This document shows positions 1 through 13,666 of a stretch of DNA of 64,000 nucleotides, piece after piece; within the stretch, counting starts at the first letter, position 1; each line of letters begins with the position of its first letter. The translations under genes and the position numbers were made by a program. Source of the stretch: the human T2T-CHM13v2.0 reference genome, Homo sapiens. Location of the stretch: the NCBI RefSeq assembly GCF_009914755.1, contig NC_060937.1. One strand, given 5' to 3'. The notes beneath the pieces were generated by a model, which saw nothing but the letters and a program-made list of their open reading frames with translations, did no database searches and had not been told where the DNA came from.

Positions 1-2029
1 TCTCCACTCTAGGATCTCAGAGTATAGTGTTCATAATTCCTCCATTAAGAAAATTCAAAGATGCAACAGCCAATGGCAATAGGAGAAAGATTTCAGAGGT
101 CAATAATAACCCATATTCAATAAAGATCCCCTTGGAATTCTGTTCGTTGCATAAGTCGACTTAAAATACTTCATTTATAAAACTGTCCCCCATTTCCAGT
201 TTTATGTTTCCTTGAAATTACGCTTCCACCCAAGGATTCTTCACTACTTAAAATAGCAGATACTACTACAGAAAGTAAAATTTAATAATTAAAGTCCCAC
301 TTGGAGTAAGGTATGCCCCAAAGCTTGAGCAGTCACTTAAGAACAGAGCTCACTGAATACACAGCCCATTTTCAGAAGGAGAAGGTAAAGCAAAAGCACA
401 CTGACATGGAAATTACTCTTTTAATCTGTTTTCAGCTTCCGTTTCATTACACCCCATCATTCTGTGCACCCAGAGAACAAATAAGTCTTTAAAAGAAAGT
501 AACCATAGCAAATGAATTAAGCATTTCTTTTACATATATTGTACTCAATATAATGGTTTGAAAAGTAATTTATGCTATGCTCAGATTCAAATGTAATTGC
601 CATTTTATCAGGACTGCATAGTCAAAAATCTGATTTGTACTGCAAAGGATTGACAAGATGATTAAATTTTGTCTTTGTATGTCTAATTTATGTGATTTAA
701 ATTGTAACAAAATATAAACATGTGCCATTTGGACATGCACGTAAGTACCATAAGTACTACCACATGTAGTACTGCATTCTGCCAAAAGTAACTTGGCCAC
801 ACACACATTTGCATTGCCAGATGAAGAACACTCACATCTTTCTCTTAATCCCATCTATCAGGAGGCATTTTTAACTATCATGCTGAAGATGTTAAAAATC
901 TTTGGGGTTTTGAGAGGCTGGTGGAAGGAAGGGAAGAATAGGGTGCCCATTTACCCAGTAATCTCCAGCACTACTTGTAAAATGTAGCTGCGTGATGTAT
1001 ACATAGAATGCCAAATTAAAAATATTGAAAGCAACTGAAAATAAAATCAAACACATATTTGGTACCAATTACAAATGCATAGTTCACACAGCCTAAGAAT
1101 TTCTCTACTACTTCACTTCAACAGGTGTTGTTGGAACACAGCTAGGTACAGGACATTATGGGGTAAATAGTTAAAAGTTTTAGATACTAGAGATCTATGA
1201 CACAATCAAGAAAAAATAAGTTGCTTTGCTCAGTATGCAGTATACATATTTGGCTTTCCTATTAATTGTTGCCTGTATGCTTAGGCTGCCAATGCTAAGC
1301 AAGATAAATCCTATTCAAATGCATAGTAAACAGTTTGCTTAGTGAATAAATTTATTTTCTAGCCCATCACAACAATAGTTGATTAAAATATGTTGCTCTT
1401 ATCCACACTTTTGAATTAATTCATGTGAAATAAAACAAATATTTATTAAATTGTGGTGAAAACATTCCATCAAACTGTGAAACTTGAGTAGAAAAACAAA
1501 TGGTACATGCTTAATTATGGTTGACATTTAAATGAAATTTGCATTCTCAAAATATTTTGCGATAATTAGAAAATATTAGAAGACAAAGTATTTTAGGAAA
1601 CTTTATGTTCAATCTCTTTGCACATCTGAGCCAAAGAAACTTTTAACAAAGGTAGATTTTATAATATAATTTGAAAGATCAATCAAAGGACTTAATAGAT
1701 TTGTTTTACTGACATGTTGACATAGTGGTCCAGAAATGAGACACTTTATTTGATATTTTTAATGATTATCTTACAGGTTGCCGAGTGCCTTACTGAACAA
1801 TAGCTCTGACTGGCTGAATTCATCAACCCAAGTTTGTGTATTTAGATATCATCTATGTATCTCCGAATCTGCTCCTCAACACACAGCTAGCTGTCATAAT
1901 ACATAATCAACTAGTATTTCTCAACAAGCAAATTAGTAGACTGTCAAAGGGATTGCTTAACCATATGCTTCTCTCATTACTACATAATCCCAGAAAATAA
2001 AAGTAACATTTGTTTAGAATGACAAATTA

Positions 2030-2345
2030 TTTTCTTATTTATTTACTTTTTTATCTTTATTTATGTTTTCGAGACAGGGTCTCACTCTGTCATCCAGACT
2101 ACAGTGCAGTAGCACCATCATGGCTCACTGCAGCCTCGACCACCCCAGACTCAGGTGATCCTCCTGCCTCAGCCTCTTGAGTAGCTGGGACTACAGGCTA
2201 GCGCCACCACATTCGGCTAATGTTTTGTAGAGACGGAGTTCTGCCATGTTGCTTAGGCTGGTCTCAAATTCCCAGGCTCAAGCAACATTCTTGTCTCAGG
2301 CTCCCAAAGTGCTGGGATTACAGGCATGAGCCACTGTACCTGGTC
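2030..2345 (-). mobile_element. AluJ SINE
   Basis: T-rich tail followed by gagacagggtctcactctgtc...atcatggctcactgcagcctcgac...gctgggattacaggcatgagccac; J-type diagnostics and heavy CpG decay. Confidence 0.95.
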
Positions 2346-3959
2346 TGACTCTTACTATAAGAATCAAAAACGACTCCTTTAAAAATGGAAAAATACTAAA
2401 ATTGAAGAAGGTCAACTCAACCATATTCTAGCAACTGCTGGCAGGTAATAAAAGTCACTGATTTATAATAGTGATGCACATTACATGGCAAACACATTCT
2501 GTTATCAATTCACACATGAACTGCCTATATGCAAAGAACTGAGAACATCAACAATAATACTCCATGGAACCTGACACACAGAAGCTCACAGTCAACAAAG
2601 GTGGGCTGAATATGGATAAATGACATAATTATAACACTAATATCTACCATCTCTTGAATGTTTTACCATATGGTTAACAATGACTAGGTACTTTTACATA
2701 TATTATTTAATTGAATTCATGGAAGAACCATAGTTATTCCAGGCAAGTTGAACTGATGTCCACATTTTATAATGAAAGTAAGTGATTAAAGTTAACATTC
2801 TGTAATTCAGATTAAGATGCCATCCTTAGTAACACCATAGGGAGCTCTGGTGAAAGAACGGAGTATAGTGGGAAGTGGAAGGAAATCAGTTTAGTTTCAC
2901 AGAAGTGCTTACACAAAGCTGAGTCTTGAAAAATGGGGAAGACAAGACATTTCAGGGAAAAGAGATGGACTGGGTAGTAGATTTAAGTCTGAATTTGAGA
3001 ATAATCATACATGTATGTGAAAATATGCATAACTTACAAAGAATATATGTAGAGTGAGTACCCCATGAGTTAACATATTAGTCAGCCCATCCAACTGAAA
3101 GAGGGACTCTAATGTGGAAAAGAAGCCTGTTGATATGAAAGGGGGATTCATTTCAAGGAAATAATAAAAGCAATTCTGAAAGTCTAACTTCTGTGTCTCA
3201 GGTGTGTATCTGTCTTACAATGCAAAGGGATTTATTAGGCATGCTAAGTCAGGACCACTAAAATATAATTTCAAGAATTTTATGAAAAAATGACTAAGAA
3301 TTATGTCATGTTCCACACGATTCTTGATATTTCTGACACTGCTGGCCAAAGATCAAATATTGCACAGTATTTATTATTCAAATATGAATCAATGAAAATA
3401 TGCTTACAGATGGTGTTTCTGCACATGTACACATACACAGCTAAGCTTTACTGAAAATACAGACAGAAGATAAAATCCTGAAGAATAAGTTATGTAAGTT
3501 TCACAAATACTCCAAAAAATTAAATAATTTTGAAAAATATTGTAGCAGCCAAGGAATGTCAATGGCATTTTCAAAAGTAATCCCAAAACAAAAACTGCCC
3601 CACTGCAGGCTTAAAAACCTATTTGGAGACACACACAAAACTAATACGTTCACAAGTGAAATGACATGATCAAATAATTATTGAGAGTAAGCAGGTTAAG
3701 GGCTCACACGTATCCCCCAATAAGAATAGGGAATGTATTTTTATATTTTAATTTAAATATAGTATCATTCAAAAAACACCAGGTTTTTTAAAGAATCCTT
3801 TCAGTTCTCTAACTTTATTCCCAAAGGTGGCTAAACACATCTTGTGAGATACAGGAAAGGAAAGCCACTAGCCAACAAACTGAATTAAAATTGTTCAGGG
3901 TGGAATGGTATCAAATTCCAGTAGTAAAAGTAGTAGTGGTGACAGCAGTCCTGGCATCA

Positions 3960-4180
3960 GCAAATATTTAATATGAATTTACTATGTGCTAGCAACTGTT
4001 CTAACTACTCTATTGTCTATTAACTTGCATTAATCCTCACAACCTTGTGAAGCGGGTGGAATTATTAGTCTCATTTTACAGATGTGGAAACACAGAGAAG
4101 TAACTTGCCTAACAAGCGGCAAAGGCAGAATTTTGAAACCTATAGTTTGGCTCCAGTCTTCATGATTTTAAGTACTGTAA
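3960..4180 (-). mobile_element. MIR SINE
   Basis: Reverse MIR core: ttaatcctcacaaccttgtga...cattttacagatgtggaaac...aagtaacttgcc...tggctccag. Confidence 0.8.
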
Positions 4181-5619
4181 CTTAAATGATTCTTATAAAT
4201 AATCTTGGTATAACTTCATCATGCAATGCACAACAGTGTGGTATCTTTTTTTGTAGAAAATATGCAGAAAGCCAACAGCAACAAGAGAGTTTTGGTGTTT
4301 TCCCCTCAAGCAGTTTAAAATAAGATATTTCTAAACTAATGACATAAACTCAGATGCTTTTCCAATGAAGGAAAAGAAAAACATATTCCAAATCTGAGAT
4401 TATTTGAAATCGTGCCCAATATTACAATAAAGCCAGTATTTTAAGTTTCTCCACTAATTAGAAATTAATCCTTTCCTTAAATCATTTAAGGTTTGGGGGA
4501 TTTTTCAAAGATTTTAAAATTTGTGTGTAAAGTCTCCTACATGAAACTTAGGATTAATGAATGAAAATTCTCTTTCTCCTTTCCTCACCAATGATATCCA
4601 AACCTGTGCACAGACAAAAAAAAAAAAGGGAATTTAACTTTCACTTCACAAATCAACTGCATTCTTTGATAACGTCTTTAAAATAAAAGCCAATTATGAA
4701 AATACATTTCAAAAAAGTATTTCTAACCTGTGCTTGAGGCTGTTACCCTAAACAACTATAAATTACATAATTTGAAAAAGTAATTTATGCATAGTTTTGG
4801 CAAAATATTTCCCTCAACTCTTAGATTCTTTGCTGATTCTGAAGGTACTGCTATGAACATAATATTAAACAATCTCAATAAGGTAACCAAATAATAAAGA
4901 GCCTACATCTCATTTTAAAAGCTAAGCAAATAAACTTCAACGCTGTCAAATAGTTAACTTCCTAAAATGATTGAAATATAGAAAAATAAATATAAAGGAA
5001 CTATAAAATCTCTATAATCATATGTACTAATTCTCCTTTACATAATTATACATAAATAAATATCCCTGCCTATCAGTGAGGATTCAAAGGTGAAAAAAGA
5101 CATCGTATAACATATATTTCAAAATTTAAAAAGGCTGGCAGCGGTATGCTGCACTTTGGGGAAGCACCAATAAATCAAATCTGTGAACAGTAGGCACCAG
5201 GTGTGTGGTTTGACACAGTTCATCTCTCCATGAAGCCAGGATGGAGGATTAAAATAACTGCATTTCAGTTCAGGAAAAACAAGTAGATGACAACTTACTA
5301 GAAATCGGGAATACAGCTATGAAGTATTACACATGACTCTGTTCAACTTTAACATGAAAAGCGCAGCCATACAGCATCTAAATGAATACAAGAGCCACAC
5401 AAAGGGCATGGCACATACTATCTGGAGATCTTTATAAATGGCAATCTTTGTCCAAAACATACAAATTTCCTTCATCACGGACGGTTGCTGGTTGCTAACC
5501 TCTATAATGGTGTTATTGTATTTACCCATAAGCTTCAAATTACAACATGCTTCAGTCTTCAGCTTCATAAGATGCTTTATACTACATACTACTACTTCAA
5601 GTATTCTTTTTAAATGCTT

Positions 5620-6780
5620 TTGATCTGGCTCAGGGTGCTTCCCTTCCTGTCACCACATCTGGGTTCTCATTCTATACTCTCCTCCAGCATAGAAGTCATC
5701 TCTCCTGCCTTAAAAATATTCAGATGTTTACTATACAACACTTTAGTTTTGGCTAGTTCTACTGCTTCATGTAGTTGCAGAACAATTTCTGTCATTGCTC
5801 AGACATGTAATCACAACCTATTAACTATTTTATCCACTCCCTCTCCGCCATGGTCTCTTTGATCACTGATGTCTATTTGGCATTATAGATAACCTGCACC
5901 TGGAAAATTCTCCTCCATATTTCAGTGATTTCTCTGATTCTTACCTCTGTTCTCTCTAACCATTACCATCAGATGTCTTTTGAAGATTCTCTCTCCCTAC
6001 AGAGGTATCTTCCAAGAGCCTCCCTAACTTTAACACATGCTTTCTCTCTGTGTTTGATCTCCTAAAAGTTAAACTCTTAGTGTCGATTACCACCACCCCA
6101 GGTAACTCCCAAAGGAACACCTTTGGGCAAAATTTCCCACTTAAATCTCTACTTTTTGTCCACATATATGTATCAGTGAACAAATCAAAATACATTTATC
6201 ATCTTATTGTATGTCTGGAATTACGACAGCCATGGAGATTTACAGCCAAGACTGTTCCCCTATACATGATGGCTTACCATCTAGGGAAGGAGACAGCAGC
6301 ACTTCCAAGAACTCAAAACTGAAGTCACTATTTTTCCCTCAATGAACTGCTTTCCCCTTTCAGTCAGAAGTCATCAGCAACCAGTTGCTTCAACCTTATC
6401 TTTGAGTCAATGTTAACACCCTTTTCTACCATTGTATAACAAAAATCCATCCTTCTCTCCAAAGACTCTTTAGATTGACTTTTGCAATTTTCCTTTGCCA
6501 CCTCATCTCCTTTAGGTCCTCATTTAACAAGTCTGAACGATTGCTCATCTCTAGTCTCTGCTCTTTCCAATGCACATGACAAACATACCTGGCTAATGTT
6601 TGAGATATTTCATCACGATAATCCCAGTCTCAAGAATTTACATTATTTTTTTCCAGTACGTCTCAATTTACATTTACTTTCACAGCCCTTCTGAAGAGGA
6701 AGGGGTTTCCTCCTCTTCCTCTGGGAGGGGTTCCATCTCTGCCTGCAGCCAAATCTCTCCTGCATTATCATCTCCTCACG
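5620..6780 (+). mobile_element. Degenerate L2 LINE fragments (approximate bounds)
   Basis: C/T-rich sequence with L2-like motifs such as aactcaaaactgaagtcactatttttccctc and ccagttgcttcaacc. Confidence 0.5.
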
Positions 6781-6875
6781 TAGACACAAGTACTGAATAA
6801 AATCAACACAGCCAACTATTTTTTAATTAACCTTAGAATTTGTAAATAGGACTGCCTTTAAAAATCTACTGTAGG

Positions 6876-7850
6876 CATCACATTTTGTGGTGAAATACTG
6901 AAAGCTTTACCCACTGAAATCAGAAAAAGACAAGGATATTTTTATTTTTTTTTTTTGAGATGGAGTCTCGCTGCCTCCCAGGTTGGAGTGCAGTGGCGCG
7001 ATCTCGGCTCACTGCAAGCTCCATCCCCCCCGGGTTCACGTCATTCTCCTGCCTCAGTCTCAGCTGGGACCACAGGCGCCCGCCACCACGCCCGGTAATT
7101 TTTTTTTTGTATTTTTAGTAGAGACAGGGTTTCACCGTGTTCGCCAGGATGGTCCCGATCTCCTGACCTCGTGATCCGCCCGCCTCGGCCTCCCAGTGTG
7201 CTGGGATTACAGGCGTGAGCCACCGCGGCCGGCCAAGACAAGGGTATTTTTCATTACCCCAATACAGCTAATGTCGGAGGTTCTAGCAAGTACCATAAAG
7301 CCTAAAGATATAAAATAAACATTAGTTTAAAACAAACTTGTTATTATTCGTGGAAAACATAATTCTGTAGCAGAAAATATGAAGAATAGTCACAATATTA
7401 GAATTAACATGAATTTAGTATCATCACTGATTTTCGTATGCAGACATACACAAATCAATATACCAAAACAAAAAACATTTATACCTGGAAATTTAAAAAA
7501 CAATGAAATGCTATAAAACAATGAGAACAAACAACTGGTATATGGAAAAAAAAAAACGCAATGTGAAATAAAATTAAACCAGTTACAAAAGTGCACACAA
7601 TTTGAGTCCATTCAAAAGACTCAAAAACAGTTAACATCAATTGATATGAAATCAAAGTAACAGTTACATTGAGAGAGTGACAATGACCAGCTGGAAAGGG
7701 ATACAAGGGGCTGACTTTGGGGATGGTAATGTTTTAATATTTTATCTGGGTGGTAGTTACATGGATGTGTTCAATTCTGAACATTTACTGAGGCATATAC
7801 TTATGATTTATACAATTTTTGCACTTTTTATTTCACTAAAACAAAAACTT
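6876..7850 (+). mobile_element. Old L1M/L1ME fragments (ORF2 remnant plus 3' end), interrupted by an AluY
   Basis: ggtgaaatactgaaagctttacccactgaaatcagaaaaagacaaggat resembles the L1 ORF2 RT region and resumes after the Alu. 7660-7850 resembles an L1ME 3' end (ggatggtaatgttttaatattttatctgggtggtagttacatggatgtg). Confidence 0.7.
6943..7234 (-). mobile_element. AluY SINE
   Basis: CpG-rich with Y diagnostics (gcaagctcc, ggttcacg, gatctcctgacctcgtgatcc). TSD aagacaaggatatttt (6927-6942) vs aagacaagggtatttt (7235-7250). Confidence 0.96.
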
Positions 7851-8673
7851 TCCTGTAAGATAAATTTTGATCAGACCAATTCCTAATTTTGAGTCATACT
7901 GCCCAAATTATAGAGCAATGTCCAGTATATGCATGAGTCACTCCAAAATCAGCTACCACCAAGGACCAATCAATTAATAAGAGAGGGTACATGAGCCACT
8001 CTTGTTTGGAGGAGGCCAAGCAACTGGAAACACATCTGGTATTCCATCCATCTCATAAAGTCCTTTACATCAGCAACAGCTTTTAATGCAAACAAGTTAT
8101 ACAATGCATTTTGTTTGGGGTTTCTGTTGTTCTTTGCAATATGATGAATTCTTATGGCTGACGACTAAATATTATTTGATTCGCTAATGAAGATTCACAC
8201 CAAATTAGATGGAGAAAACAATTTGGTCATTTTTCCTTAATTAAACTGCAATACTACCATTAACTACTGTATGTGCCAATTGGCAAGTCAGTTAAACTTT
8301 CTGGTCTCAGCATCCTCATTTATGAAATTAAGGGGTTGAAGATCTTTGAGTCTCCTTTCATTAATAAAGTTGTGGATCCTATAAATCCTATATTTTGTAC
8401 ATGCACAAGTCTGCAAGACAACTGTAATGAGCTGGAATAGATTAATATTGTTAACAGAATTTGAGTTCTGACTCTGCACTGATGAATTCATAAAATTTAA
8501 CCAATCTTCTCATTCCCAGTAGCTCCCAACCTGCTTCAGGCAGGAATAAAATCGATAACTTATGTCCATTGTAACCAGCACTCCTCTTCTATTTACTACA
8601 TACCACTCTGAAAGGAGATTCTTAGGAGATACAAATGAGGACCATGGAGTGAAATATTTTCACTATTTCCCAG

Positions 8674-8755
8674 CTGAGCCTGTGAATGCAACAGTAGCTG
8701 AAGGATTCTCCAAAGCTGGCCGAGGATGGATTTGTGGCCTTGAGGAATTCTGAAG
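8674..8755 (+). other. Candidate 82-nt non-coding exon (unverified)
   Basis: Acceptor ttttcactatttcccag| and donor gaag|gtgagt; stop codons in all three frames. Confidence 0.3.
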
Positions 8756-8959
8756 GTGAGTAGAGAGGATTTCTTTTCTAAGCACAGTTCAATAAAGCAC
8801 TGCATTGTAACAGTTTATCTGTGACTGTAAATAATCTGTTTCCCTACTGTTTTATCACAGCCACTTGGAATGCTCAGGAATCTATCTGTCACTATCTTGA
8901 AAATTTTAAAGGAGTATATTACTTACAATAGTATTTCAGCAGCACAAATGCAATTCATA

Positions 8960-9160
8960 AATCAGGTTATGTGTCAGGCAGTGTGGTAAGTACTTTATAC
9001 ACATTATGTTAAGTAATCTTCACGGTAACCTTGTGAAGAAAGGATAGTAACCTCCACTTACAAGTGAAGACAGTTCAACAGCTATTCAACCAAACAGCTG
9101 GAATTTGAACCCATTTTGTCAGATCCCAAAGTCCACACTCTTTTCCTCATGCCATTTTGC
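8960..9160 (-). mobile_element. MIR SINE
   Basis: tatgtgtcaggcagtgtggtaagtacttta...aatcttcacggtaaccttgtgaag...ctggaatttgaaccc...ccaaagtcc. Confidence 0.75.
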
Positions 9161-9594
9161 CTCTCCCTGAAGCTTCTGGTCTGTGAGCTAGATGGAAGTG
9201 CTATGCCGGATTGTTCTGTAGGCAGCAGTCAGAATGGGTTTTAGGGGAACAAGAGAGAAGGAGAGAAACGTGGTAATTTTTGAAGAACTCCAGAAACAGC
9301 ATACTTCTAAACGACTTGATTTGCTGGCATGTATGGTCCTATAAGTACAGTCAATAAATGTATATAGTTAAATATGGCCAGATCTCAGAAGTGCTACATG
9401 AATTGTCACTGCAGCATTTACTTTGTGGATCCAAGCAAACACAGGAGAGTCTCGTGCTCTCATTCTCAAGTTTTAACCAGGAGCCACTGGCAGACTGACT
9501 CTAGCTACCATTTGGGAAGCATTTCTCCACAAGTAGTCTGTGACTGAAGGAGTTTAAATTAAGCAAACTATAACGAAGATCTTGTTTGCCAGTG

Positions 9595-9900
9595 TATTTT
9601 ACTTTTATTTGCTTTTACTTTTATTTTGAGACAGGGTCTCACTCTATCACCCAGGCTGGAGTACACTGGTGAGATCTCGGCTCACTGCAACCTCCACCTC
9701 CTGGGCTCAAGCAAGCCTCCCACTTGAGCCTCCCAAGTAGCTAGGACTACAGGCATGCACCACCACACCTGGCTGATTTTTTGGTAGAGACTGGGTTTTG
9801 TCACATGGCCCAGGCTGGTCTCAAACTCCTGACCTCAGGTGATCCACCCTCTTCAACCACCCAAAGCACCAGGATTACAGGCAAGCACCACCACGCCCAG
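9595..9900 (-). mobile_element. AluJ (Jb-like) SINE
   Basis: Full dimer: gagacagggtctcactctatcacccaggctgg...ctgggctcaagc...caccacgcccag. Confidence 0.94.
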
Positions 9901-10989
9901 ATGTTTTAATGTAGGTTTTCTCAAAGACATTATGCAAGAACACCACCCTACACACATACCCCAAAAGTCCCAGGGGCCTCAGAAGTTACTGGAAAGCAAC
10001 TCCCCCACCTATTTTGGTAAGACCACGAACAATAATTGCAGAGTTCAGAGGCAATAATGTTTCCTTAAATGACTATTCCCCTCCTGATGCTGGATGAGAT
10101 GTGGCATGCTACACCCTACATTCAACACCCAGCTTTTCTGTTTCCAAGTTATGGCCTAGCCATAATTTCTCTAAAATCCAGTTTTTTCACATCCACAAAT
10201 GGCTTAATGCCTACTTTGCATCATTTTGTCATATTTGGAGAATCTAAAACATGTAATTTGTAGAAGGCGTTTGTAGTTATTATTTTTTCTTATTTATAAG
10301 TACTATTTTGGTTTTTAAAACACAGACCTAATCAATACTACTAGATCTTAGAAGCTGCTCGTGTCTAACAAAATCAAAAAAAGCTGCATGAACCTCTCTG
10401 GGTAGTCTATAATCTTAAATTATGCTAATTTAAGAAAGCAGAAATTTAGTTAATAAATACAACCAGATTTCTAGAAACATGCATTAATGTCACAGTCTCC
10501 TTTTACAGAGAGGCAATAGAAGACTGGTTCATGGTTTTTCAAAGTAATATCATCCAAGTAAACTAAAACATACAAAGGAACAGATCATTCTGAAAATCCA
10601 TCATCCAGCATTCCTACTTATGTAGATTTTTTGGCTTTAGGTTTAAAAATTTAATCTATTCCAGAATTAGACTTTGATTTTCAGTAACTTCTACTCTCTC
10701 CTTTTTATTGCCTCTTTAATATCAGTGATCTTATTCCCTTAATTATTGGGAAATCTATACCTTGATCCTTCACTATGAACTTTAATCATTCATTCACTGA
10801 ATCAACAAATACTTAAACTCCTTCCTCCCCTTTCCAATTAAATCTCTAGTGTAGTTAAAAATAAAGGAGGACTCGATTTCAGAAAGCACAAGTCAGAGCA
10901 AAAAAAAAAAAAAAAAAGCCATGGAATTATGAATTGGAACAGTATAAAATTTCTGTTCACAGTACTGCAGAGGCAAAATGCTAGAACTG

Positions 10990-11617
10990 CTAGTGGTGAT
11001 TTCACTGACCACCAGGCCCATGTGTCCACAGAGCATCTACATGTAGCTAGTGCAATTTAAGTTGTTCTACAAGTGTGCAATACAAAAATAACTTTAAAAA
11101 GTTCACTAATCATTTACTAATCATTTTCTATTGATACACATTGAAATGATAATATTTTGGATATACAGTCGGCCCTCTTTCTCTGTGGGTTCTGCATCCA
11201 TGGATTCAATTAACTGCAGATCAAAAATATTCAAGAAAAAAAGAATTTCCACAAAGATCCAAAAAGCAAAACTCGAATTTGCCGCAGACTAAGTACTACA
11301 TTAAATCCATGTGAATGAAACAATGTGTGGGCATTGTGTTGTGAATTTTAAGTAATCTAGAGAATGTAAAGTGTATGGGAGGATACACATAGGTTATATA
11401 CAAACAGTATGCCATTTTATATCAGGGATTTGAGCATCTGTGGATTTTGGCATCAGAAGAGTGTCTTTTCTCCCATGAATACCAAGGGACAAACAGTACT
11501 GGGTTAAATAAGTATTAATATATTATTTTAAATTTCAACTATGTCTTTTCACTATGGTGATTAGGAACTCTAAAATTCCTGAAACTGATTCAGTTATGTT
11601 TCTATTGAACAGTACTG
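10990..11617 (-). mobile_element. MER33 (hAT-Charlie) fossil split by a Tigger element
   Basis: ttgaaatgataatattttggata...gggttaaataa is continuous across the insert; terminal ttctattgaacagtactg matches the MER33/MER3 terminal inverted repeat. Confidence 0.8.
11166..11496 (-). mobile_element. Tigger3a/MER2-group TcMar DNA transposon
   Basis: Termini cagtcggccctc...accaagggacaaacag with TA on both sides (11164-11165, 11497-11498); internal caaaaagcaaaactcgaatttgccgc and gtatgggaggatacacataggttata. Confidence 0.88.
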
Positions 11618-13502
11618 GTCAAGGTTCCACATTTCAAACCCTTGTATGACACACTGGGAATTTTCCTGGCCTTTAACTGTATTTTATATAGACCTTAAAA
11701 CATCCACTAAACTCCCCAAAGACATGTTTTCTTGTTTAATCTAGCATTTAATGCATCTGGATGTAAATGTATCACATGTACTGTTAATTTAGCACAATCT
11801 TCAGCCCCTTGGAGAGCTATAATTGTGCAGAATGTATTTGATGCTTCTTGGTACCTAATTTTTATCTCACCAGATTATCAACCTTTAGTTCTTAGAAAAT
11901 TCTACAAAGTGATCCCAAAAGTGTTGGATGTGTCTTCCAAAGCACAGTCATTCGTGCACAGCCATGTCTGAATGGAAGTGTCAAGAGCTTTCCATAATCC
12001 TCATAGACTACTAAAACGAAAAGAGTCCCAGAGGACCAGAAATATAACCCAATATCTATTCCTGAGTACACTGTTTCATGTCCTGAAGCAGGGCTGCTTT
12101 TTTAAATTGATAAAATAAAATGTCACCTATTTTATATCACATCCCTGCTACATTGCTGATGGGAAATGCATGTGACAATATACATGATTAAAATGAGCAC
12201 AACTAAGTATATTATGTTACAGTATCATCTGGAAACTCAGGCCAAGCCATCCTCCAAAATTCTTAAATGTCAAACCTCTGACAACATTTTCATTCAGTTG
12301 TTATCTTACTGTTGCTTCTAGTTATGTTTTTCCTTAAGCATTCTTCTGAGTAAACAAACTTGCTTAGCAGTTCATAATTTTCATAACAGGTAAAAGTGCT
12401 GAAAGAAATCACTGTACACTTAAGCTATTTTGCAGTACTTCAGTTCCTTTACAACTAGCAGTACTTAAAAAACAATCACATATTATATCTAACCACTCAT
12501 CATTTTTTTCATGGAGTTATACATAAAGACAGTGTTTTCAAATATATGACCTCTACTAACTATCCCTGCCTTACTTCGATAGAGCCCGTTATGGGTGAGC
12601 AAATTGCCAAACTGGACCATTTTTCTGAGGAAACATAAGCAGCTAATTCAAATCTGTGACATAGAAAGAATACCCGCCTGGTAAAGAACATGTAGATTTC
12701 TTTCTTCTATGTCTGTGGAAGGCCTTTAAGAGTTGGCAGTCTTCAACAGCTGGGTACGAACACAAGAAAGGCCCCTCATGGGAACGGATTCCCTGAACCC
12801 CTAACCTTGGGACATCCTGGGGAATGCCAGGCTGTGCCTGAAGTTACCAAAAGGCTAACTGGGCATCTCCCAACTTTATTCCCATCATTCTCCAAGTGTC
12901 AGAGAAAATCACTATCTCAGCATACCTATAACAACCCACAGCACTTGAATTTACTTAGGCAGCTACAAGTCTAAATGCTAAAAAGAGCCAGGGTTGAGAC
13001 CGAGGTGGCTAGCCAGACAGAGTAAGGCTGAAAGTGGCAGGGACAAGAAATGCACTCTCTGGAGAGAACCACTGCTACTCCACTCCTGACAAGTTTGCCC
13101 TACAGTTATATTCAAGTGACATGCATAATCTCTGTTTCTAAAATTTGCTAATTTTAAAATATTTCTGTATTAAACTCCTATAGTAACAACAACAACACAA
13201 AAACACCATCTACATATCAGCCAGTTCATGATATGTGTTGTACCATTCTTTCCTTCAGATTCAAAATATCTAGGGGGGCAAAGAAATTCTAAACTATAAG
13301 GATCCTAGATTTCTCTGGGCCCTTGCAAGGAGGAATATGAACTCACATAAAAAACATGCAGCTTCTACTGAAGCATCTATTTTACTTGTAGGGTTTTTTG
13401 ATAATTTATATTAAAACGAACAGTATATTATGACTATAGTTCAAAAGTCACATAAAATAAAGCAAAAAGACTCAAATTCACTGCTTGCATTAGGCTACTT
13501 TC

Positions 13503-13639
13503 TTCTTCTTTTCTTTTTTTTTTTTAAGAGATGAGGTCTATGTTGCCCAGGCTAGTCTTGAACTCCTGGGCTCAAGGTATCCTCCCATCTCAGCCTTCAG
13601 AGTAGTTGGGACTACAAGCATGTGTCCCCACAGCTGGCC
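13503..13639 (-). mobile_element. FLAM (free left Alu monomer)
   Basis: Monomer-length Alu sequence with a T tail; flanking direct repeat aggctactttc at 13492-13502 and 13646-13656. Confidence 0.88.
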
Positions 13640-13666
13640 AACAGCAGGCTACTTTCAAACACTCAC

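Noticed and set aside
753-773. Inverted repeat agtactac-cacat-gtagtact as a miRNA or terminator hairpin
   Set aside because: An 8-bp stem is too short for a pre-miRNA and is expected occasionally by chance.
5317-5568. 83-aa minus-strand ORF as an exon or processed pseudogene
   Set aside because: No recognisable homology, splice boundaries, poly(A) tail or TSD.
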